Positions 54,282-64,000 of a stretch of 64,000 bases of DNA are shown here, one piece after another; position 1 is the first letter of the stretch; each line of letters starts with the position of its first letter. A program made the translations under genes and the position numbers. The notes below the pieces were generated by a model that had not been told where the DNA came from, searched no databases, and saw only the letters and a list, made by a program, of their open reading frames with translations. The stretch lies in the sequence record MK250019.1. The stretch is one strand, 5' to 3'.

Positions 54282-57200
54282 ATGGCAAAAGAAAAGAAAT
54301 ATTTATTTAAATTAACACCTAATAAAAAAGATGTTGTTATTAATACATCTGTTTTATTGAATGGTTATGAAGATGTTGAATATCCTATTCCTATTATGGA
54401 TACGGAAAAATTGGGATATGTATATGATCCGACAACATTTAAGTTTAAAGATAAAGAACATGTAAAGGTAGATTATCCATATCCTGTACGTATGGAAATG
54501 GAGGTAAATTTTGGAAATTTACCTTTTTATGGTTGTAATAATGCATATAGTACAGATAAAATAAGATATAATGAAATAAAACCATCAAAATCAAACGGTG
54601 CTGCAGAGTATTCGAGTGATCCAGATTACTATAATAATTATTTTTAGTAGAATACATCATATGATGAAGGTGTATTTATAAATGCAAGAGATAGTAGAGA
54701 TAATGATTATAATTATACATTAGCTAATTATAAAATAACTGTTAGAATTTATTGGAGTGATAATAAATCACATATAAACGAAAATTATATACCTAATGGA
54801 ACAGTAGAATCAAAAGAAAACGGATGGAGAAAGCAAGTAAGTAATACAAATACTTACCCTTTCGTTCTTAGACTTGTACCGGAATTATATAATATCGAAA
54901 ACTCTGAAAATATAGTTGATAAAAATAACTCTAAAGAATTATTATTACCAAACTTAGAACAAAATAGTGATAAAGGTGGTCATGATAAAAATCATAAGAA
55001 TATATTTAATGTACCAGATAATTTTACAATGGAAGAAAGAAATATTGTAAAATTTAAAATAGATGCAACATTTACAGATCCTAAATCATTAATGTCAGTT
55101 AGTGCATATAAAGAAGTAATTGTAAAACAAGATGCATATATAGGATATAAGACAAAATATACATATGTTAAATTTATTGATTATAAACCTGTTGATATTT
55201 GGTCTCCTACTGTATATGCTAGTTATAATAAAGATAGAAATATTACATATAAAATAGATAAAGACACAAAATAGGATTATTATGCATTTTATGTTAACGG
55301 TTCATTGAATATTAAAAATTATATTGAAAATAAATCTAAATATTTTCCTGATGGAATATATTTTAATGGTGCATTAGATGTAAGTAAAAATAAGAATCGT
55401 TTTACGATAGATAAATTTGTATTAAAGAACTATTGTATAAATGCATTGGAAGATTCATCTGTTATAAATGGAAAGATATTAAATTCATCAGATAAAGACG
55501 CATTTGAAAAGAGATATAATTTATGTTATTCTATAGCTAAACAGTTAGGTGATTTTTATGATTCAAGTGTTAAGCCTTCAACTAATATATTAAAACAAAA
55601 AAATAGTAAAGGATTAATATTTGATTCTATTTCAAAACCAGGTTTATAGGTGTTTAACGGTTATTATAGTACTCCATATTCATTTTCATAGATAAATTCA
55701 ACTGATACTTCAGCATATGGCACTAAATTTGATATAACTTTAACTGAAAATGAAGTTGTATATAATTCTTCATATAGAGCTGTATATCAAAAATATTATA
55801 TTAATAATAAAAATTATTATCCAATAAATGCATCATTTATAAAAAATGATAAAGGGAAAAAAATTCCTGTATTAGATACATTAAATGGAAAATATACATA
55901 TATTAACAGTTCACTTGATTATGATATTAGTGCTATATATTCTAGAAATATAGATATATCTGTTTTAGATGGTTCAAATTTAATTTATAACTATAAAGTT
56001 ATTCAAGATGAAGAAGGACATAGTATAGAAACAAAATACTGTATTAATTCATTGTTAAATAATGATACAAGTGTACAAATTCCTAGATATGGTGTATATC
56101 CTGTATTTTCTGGATATATTGGATTTGATACATCTGTATATGATTATTAGAATAAAGATGAAGTTGAATTTGAATATCGTGATGGTTCAACTGATATTAT
56201 TTATGATTTAATGTATAGAAAAAATGGATTATTAACTATTAATAAAAAATCTAATTTTATTACAGGTAAAATTGATATTAATATCAATAAAGATAAATTC
56301 ACAGAAACTGTAGTTCTTCCAAATAATCCATTTACTGATATTGTTACAAATATAAATGGTACAATAATAAACAATAATAGACTTAATAATTTATTGGGTA
56401 ATACAAAATATAATGATTATTTATATGCAGCATCAAATATAAGTAATACATATAAATATGAGATTAAAATCAATAATAATGATGTTAGTAATTATTTACG
56501 TATTAATGGTGTTAAATAGAGTGATTTAACTAATGGTACATTATTATCTAATGTTGAGCCAGGCATATTTACATTAAGTTTAGATGATGATTATCCAAAG
56601 GAAACATCTGATAGTATAAATTTAACAATTAAGCATAAAGATGGTGATGAAATAACAGGAGAAATTTTAATTACAAATGATGAAAATGAAAAACATCTTA
56701 CAAATTATGATAATAAAGGATATGAACTTAATACAGAACATCATTCATCTATGTTATTACGAGCAAATCCAAAATTATCAGGTAATATTAAATTAGTAGT
56801 TGATACTGATTATAAATTATATCTTGATACATTTAAAGCAAATCCTGCATTAAATAATAAGAATTTTAGGAAATATCCTATTTCATCAGAAGGTAATTAT
56901 CCAAGAGATATAAAGAAAGTATTTAAAAATATTCCTATAAAGAATTTATTTGGACTTCCAGAAAATTCACTTAAAGCACATAAGGTTTATAATGATTATA
57001 AAGATCAATATGAAACTATGTATGAATATGGTGCTGAAACAAATACAGATAGCCTTTATTCAGAAAACATGAAAATACTTGCACCTCTTCATATAGGAAA
57101 TGATATACCAGAATTCTTTGCAATATTTAGATATGATGATGTCTTTAATGAAGAAACATATTCAGGAAAAGATATTAATGATATAGAGAAATTCAAAACA

Positions 57201-60200
57201 TTAATTAAAGATTCTAAAGTTATTAAAACATATGATTTAAGAACAATAACATCAATTGGTCAATATCTCAATAACTATAAGAATATGTTATCTAATTATG
57301 GTCAATGTTATTTACAGTTTATAGAATAGGATTATAATTAGAATTCACCTTATTACAGACAAGGTAACAATATATGGAAAGGAATTTCAGTAGAACGCGG
57401 TATTCTTGTAAATCAGTCAGAAACAACATATTTCGGTTCTAAAATATTAAATTCTGATATTCCTAATAAACAGGAAATGTTTAATAATTATATTATTGCT
57501 GGATTTGAACGACATAATCTTATATATTCTAATATTATAAATCTTGAATTTATGTTTAATGATGATGACATGAAAGAATACTCAATGCATCGTTATTTCG
57601 GATTATATTTAACTGCGAATGATTTTATTAATTATGGCTATATTGTTTCATCTAAAAACAATACAGGAAATACAGTATTGACAAAATATGATGAACAAGG
57701 AAACATATATAAAGGTGATGAAAATATATTCAATACAATTTTTAACAAAAATTATTATGATAGATTATTCTTTGCAATAACCAATAATAATGTAGGTAGA
57801 GTATAGACAAAAATAGATTTATAGGAGTTCTTTAAGAATTATGTTACTAATACACCTGATTCTAATTTAATAAGTTTAGATTCAACAGAAATTAATATTG
57901 ATAAGGAAAATGATAAAAGTTTTATGGTATTACATTTCCATAAACCTATTGAATGCGGTGAACATATTAAATTCATAGCATTAGATTATCCTATTGTTAA
58001 TAAATCATTTACTAATATTGCTAATACTTATGAAACAAATTAGTTAACGACAGAACATATTGTTTATGAACTTATTGCATCAAATGATGAGCGTTTATTA
58101 GAAACTGATTATAACATTAATCCATATATTGGAAAACAAAAATGTAGATATTCTGAAAATACATATTTCTATAGAATATCTTTCTATTCACAAGATACAG
58201 AATATAATGATATAACAGCGTCATTAGATGTATAGATAAACCGTATTATCAAATGTATTGAAAAATTCAACACTGATATTATTAGAGTTCAATCATATAA
58301 TGACAATAGTATTTCTATAATATCATTATATGACAGTATGTATGTATAGCATATATTACCACCAAAGTTTGATGATTTTTCATATGATTATACGGCATAT
58401 ACAGGAATTAATGGTATTATTTATACTACAAATAAAGAATATACTGATAGTCTTGATTTCTTACCACATAAAGAAATTAAACATATTGAAAATAATTCAT
58501 TAGCGCATGATGATGAAAATGATTGGATAACATATGTTGATAATAAAGATATTAAGTGTTGGCATTGTTATGTAGAGAGTGAAGATATTAACAATATAAA
58601 AGATGATACCATTTCATATTTTAATAATAATATGACATATGAAATGCATGCATTGACAAATCAATCAGATTTCTTTGATAATTATTATTGTGCATTTTCA
58701 AATTATTCATTTGAAACATTAGGCTGGAGATATAATAATATAGTTAAATTCGAACCAACAAAAAAATTAAATTATACATATCAAGTCAATACAGATATAG
58801 CAGATTTAATTAATAAAGTTAAATATCCTTTAGTTTATAATGTAAATGGTATTTATGATACAGTAAATACATTTAATATTATAAATGGTTATTTAAGAAA
58901 TAATATATTCGAAACAGATCTTTATAAAAACTATACTATAAATGATCAACAGCAAATAATTGATACTGTATAGAATGTATGTGTTATTACAAACCCATAT
59001 GATGTTGATACATGTATGATTTCTACTATAAATGAATCTTTATTGGTTACAAATAAAATACATTTATATAAACCTACAGCAGTTTCTATTTCTATTATGG
59101 GTATTACTAATATCAAGGATATTGATACAACAATAGATTTAAGCAGAACATTACATAATGAAGATAATCTTATTATCAATATACCTGCAGGAACTTCTGT
59201 TGCAACAGATGAAAGTGATTATAGAATACAGTACGGTATTATGTATGAAGTTATAAATGGTAGATTGAAATTTAATAAAGGTAACGCTCAAAAAGGAACA
59301 AAATTTTTAATAACTCCTAAAAATATCTATATTAGTTCAACAACCAATCAAATGACTAAAACTACACCTTATATTTCATTTGTAGATAATACAGTATTAA
59401 AGATAGTTGATAAGTAGAAATATTAGACATATAATTATGATACAGAAATTCCAGAATTAAAATCAACTAATTATTTTTCAAATCCATCTAATACAAATAA
59501 TAGTGAATTATTATGGCCTATTGTTCCATTAACACAATGTTTATGGAAATCAAACGGTCAATATTATGATAATAATAACATATTGGATGTTAATACATTA
59601 AATGAAAAATATGAAGTAAAAGGTAATTTCTGTGAAAATATTTATACAGCATCAGATTATGATACAAATCAATATGTAACTAATAAGATAGATAATATAT
59701 TATATATCAATAATGAATCGACAACATATAAAGAAAGTATATTAAATGGTTCAGTATAGCATTCTATTAAAAAATTATTAATTGATAATACAAATATAGA
59801 CACTACTTCAGTATATTATAATTCAAATATAAAGAGTCTTGAATTTATATTTTCTGGAATTAAATTTAATATTAAGTTAAATACAAAAATCGTTAATAGT
59901 TATATTCATCTTGAAGATTATTCAGATTTTGAAGCATTCGTATTAACTGATTATGATTTAACAAAATCTAATGAACTTTATATATCATTAAAAGAGAAAT
60001 TTATATTATTAATAAACCATTAGTTCTATATTGATTATCAACATGAAGGTGCAAATAATATAAAGAATTTAACAGATGATGAATATTAGAGTTATGCTGA
60101 TTATGCTGTATTAAATTCACCATATGATATTGATTTCAAAACAGTATCATCAACGAATAACAGTATATTATCACATAAGAGAAATAATTTCCATAAAAAA

Positions 60201-61781
60201 TTATTAAGTATTATTGATAGACATAATATGTGGAATTCATTATTTGTATAGTATGATATTCCTAATGTTAATATTAAAGATTTAAATAAGTCACAATTTA
60301 TAACATATGCATTAGAAGATACTATCGATTGTGATGAATATGTTTCAGTTAATAATGTATATGACAGAGGTTTATTATATAATGGTAATTCTGGTTTTAT
60401 TGTTAATACTCCAACTAATATATCTTCATTAAATATTATTTCATCTGATAGTTATTCTTATGTTATAACAAAAGCTGATGGTGATTATAATCATACAGCA
60501 AAACAAATATTAGAACGTGTTATTGATTTAACTACATTAAAAGAAAATTCTACAGCACAATTATTAAATATATCTAATGTATTGTATCCAAAGAAAATTT
60601 CATTGAATGAAACAAAATTAGCAGCAACTATAAATAAAACTTATTATAATCCAACATAGTTAAAATTATCTAATATTCTTAATAGTAATCAATTTATTAT
60701 GACATATAAAGACACTTCTACTGGTCTTTTAAAAAGAACTAAATTGATGACAGGTAATAATCTTGTACAATTCAAAAAATATATCAGTAAATTGATAACT
60801 ACAGAATCAGCAAAAGATAAATTAACACGATATGTAAATTCATTTACAAATGATGTTGATGTATATATTATTCCTGGTAATTCTGAAGTAAAACATATAT
60901 AGAATACAGAGGAATATAATCCGTTAATATTTACATTATCGATACCTAATCAGATTAAGTTTAATTATGGTTGGTTTACTCCTAATACAAATAATATGTT
61001 TGATTTCTATGTAGATGATGAATTGAAAGATATTCTTAATGTTGATTTATTGTAGTCAAATACAAAATTGAAATCAATTAACAGAATTAAGAATTATACA
61101 GGTAATAAAGTATTTGAGGATACAAAATTACAGAAGTTAAATAAGAATTATTATTTAATAAATGAAAGATCATTATTAAGTGCTACATGGGATAATAATT
61201 ATTATAGAAAATATACTTCAGAAAATGAGTATACAAGTATTGATGGACATAAAACCGGTATTGATGATAAGTCATTCTTTGGTTCTCATTGTATGGTAAT
61301 TCATAATGAATATATATTGCTTAATACATGGTCATACCAAACAGCAAATGATATTTTAACTGTTAATTTCTCAGATGCTTCATTTAACATGTCAGATAAT
61401 AATTAGAGAACTACAACGATAACTATTAATATATCTTCTGCGATATTTAATCATTTCATAAATAATAATCAGTTTAATGAAAACTGGATATATTTTAAAG
61501 ATTCACAATATACAGGTTAGAAGAATTATATTAATAATACCTTATCTGTTTATTACAATTATAAATCAAAAATAGAAGTTGAATTATTCTCAAAAGATAC
61601 TGAACCAAATTCAGTTATAAATATAGTAACAGAAAAACCAGATAATTTAAGTACATATAATAAGTATGAAAATTATTCAACTAAATTTGAAACAAAAGAG
61701 AATTTAAATACATTAACTATTGTACTGAATGAAACAACTGGTAAGAATATATATCCAACTGTTAAAATTTATAAACGATAA
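54282..61781 (+). CDS. Giant putative virion (tail/baseplate) protein, 2,499 aa, more than 20 TAG
   Basis: Ten track fragments in one frame; I read the gaps and found only TAG, no TAA or TGA; AATAAATA at 54246-54253. Confidence 0.8.
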
Positions 61782-61786
61782 AAAGT

Positions 61787-62914
61787 ATGCAGATTTCTTA
61801 GAGATTTCATAATGATACATATGCACCTGGTATTGCCACATATGGTATACAAGGTAAAGACGGTGAACAAGGTACACCAGGTACGAGTTTATTCTTCAGT
61901 GAATACTCGTTACCTGATGAATACCATGATTTTACTAAAAAAATTACATCTAGAATGTTACCAGTAAAAAATGAGTAGATATAGTTAAAAAGAAAATTTG
62001 TAAATGGTGATTAGTTTGTAGATCCAACTGGAAAAGTATATCTTTTAATGGATATAAATCAATTAATAAGAGATATAAATAATGGAACTGATCAATTATG
62101 GACTAATGAAAAATTAAAATATATAGGAAAATTTAATTCTACAAATAATTCTGATATATTTAGTGATACAAATAATTCTGGAACACTTAGATCACATAAG
62201 TTTATTATATCTGATGATAGCAAAACAGCAACTGGTAGCGGATTATTAACAGTTTCTCATACAACTAAAGATACAGATAATGATATTAATTTTATTAATT
62301 TAGAATCATTATATAGTGGTCAACATGATATGAATTTGGATATTAAATTTAGCAAAAAATATAATGGATTCATGATAAGTTCAAAATATCCAATTTATTT
62401 AAATGCTAATGTATATACTAAATTTAATGATTCAAATAATTCAAATAATGAATATTCACCTGTTTATACAACTGCTGATAATAAATCAAAAACTATTACA
62501 GATTATATAGCAGCAACAAAAGATTTAAGATGTGATATAGATGCATCTATATATAGTTATACAAAGAAAGATACATCTATAATTTATTATGGCGTTATTT
62601 ATAAAATATCATTTGGACGAAAAGATGATACTAACTCAAAATAGTGGGGAGATTTCGTAAATACATATGATAATGGAAATACTATAATACATTTTCAAAA
62701 TAAAGAACATTCTGATTTTACAACAGTAATTCCAACAATATAGAATTATAATTTTAGATAGGATTATGATTATGTAAAATTAAATGATTTAATTAATAAA
62801 GTACAATATAATGATTTACCAAATGTCACAATATCAGTAATTAATGGTATAGAAGCATATGTCACTATTAATGATAAAGGTATTTCAGGAATAAGAAAAA
62901 GAACAACTAATTAA
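61787..62914 (+). CDS. Putative tail protein with a short collagen-like N-terminus (375 aa, TAG=Gln)
   Basis: GIATYGIQGKDGEQGTPGTSLFF; 1128 nt in frame. Confidence 0.7.
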
Positions 62915-62916
62915 AA

Positions 62917-64000
62917 ATGAGTTATACATATAAACATGGATTACCTGGAATTGGTGTAACCGGTTAGCAGGGAAAACAAGGTAAATCTGGAAATTCTATA
63001 TATTTTGGTACATTTGATTCTTTTTTTAAATATATTGATACAAGTACATTAAGTTCTATTGATTATGATGATAAAGATTATGATATAACATATGCTAAAG
63101 ATGAATATCGATTAGATCCAAAATATAATGAAGGTGATTTACTTTATATATTAAATAGCAGTATAAAAGATTCTTCTATTGATTGTGTAATAGAAATTAC
63201 AGAAGATTTGACAACATGTACATCTACATAGTTAGCAAATAAAATAACATATAAAAAACCATTTACTGTAAATAAAAACAAATTCAATAGATTGAATATT
63301 GTTGGTGCAGGTATGGATTCAGCAACTAAACATGGAATGTTTATTGCTAATGAATTATATAATAATTATCCGATAAATGTTAAATATGTAATAGACAATA
63401 ATAATAAAAAGCCAGAGAAGATAACAGATTTAACAGATCAAAATATTGATGTTGCAGATGAACCTTTTATTATTCCCGAAAGATATTCAGATGCAAAAGA
63501 ATCATATATATATCTTAATAATGGAAAAGAAATTAATAAGTATAAGTATGAATTAAATACAGGTAAAAAGGTATTATTAAATTTAAATTATAATTCACGA
63601 TTATTTGAAATACAATCATATTTAAATTCTAATATGTGTATAAACACTTATAATGTTAATTTATATATTGATAATTTACATATTAGAAATAATAATAAAG
63701 GTAATATTGAAGCATTAAATACATTATATAATAATGATTTGGTTTTAAATTCATATGGAAATTGTTATACATTAACTGAAGATAATTATGATTCCAGTAC
63801 ATAGTCTTTTATTATGAATGTAGATAACTTCTTTAATAATATAGATGTTTCTAAAGATGATTATGTATATGGTTATATTCATATGTATTATAATTATAAT
63901 GATATGAATAATAAAAATTCTGGGGTTCGCGCACGTTATTATTCTAATTATATAAAAGGCACATTTACAGATACATCATTATCTAAAGTAAGAGTACCAA
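62917..64000 (+). CDS. Putative tail protein with a paralogous N-terminus; runs off the window (TAG=Gln)
   Basis: GLPGIGVTG(Q)QGKQGKSGNSIYF; in frame with track ORF 63292. Confidence 0.7.

Noticed and set aside
58-59179. Opposite-strand or alternative-frame track ORFs (e.g. 58-285+, 1517-1717+, 8263-8511+, 9023-9259+, 12168-12503-, 16507-16827-, 17079-17372+, 31332-31538-, 43290-43616+, 53774-53977-)
   Set aside because: They are shadows of well-supported genes and have no recognisable motifs
11908-64000. Fragmented ORFs as pseudogenes or many small genes
   Set aside because: The fragments share a frame and are separated only by TAG; conserved domains continue across the TAGs

Overview
A 64-kb segment of a very AT-rich, T4-like jumbo/mega-phage genome. 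It resembles the Lak group that infects Bacteroidota (Prevotella); this is inferred from promoter motifs and gene content, not from a database match. TAG is reassigned to Gln (code 15). The many broken ORFs in the supplied track fuse into intact genes when TAG is read through, and TAG sits at invariant Gln positions (papain-type RDQG, GIY-YIG YIGQS). TAG-free genes: ClpP, PNK/phosphatase, NAMPT, Fhs, GT25, DnaK/DnaJ, RNA ligase and many small hypotheticals, several behind a Bacteroidota-type TGTATCTTTG promoter. TAG-containing genes: DNA polymerase, a sigma70, a gp55-like late sigma, portal, lysozyme fusion, C1 peptidase, UvsW, a tail-tube-like protein, a tail/baseplate cluster including a 2,499-aa ORF, and all four homing endonucleases. 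RNA genes: two Gln-type amber-suppressor tRNAs (CUA) flanking a GIY-YIG endonuclease, a tmRNA, two tRNA-like genes with abnormal anticodon loops, and an apparently circularly permuted tRNA gene. Highlights: the permuted tRNA, the suppressor-tRNA/endonuclease cassette, amber-gated sigma factors, and a shared LY..xNE leader on the sigma70 and lysozyme suggesting head packaging. There are three N gaps (2015-2035, 42102-42122, 48726-48756). All calls come from manual reading and motif recognition.
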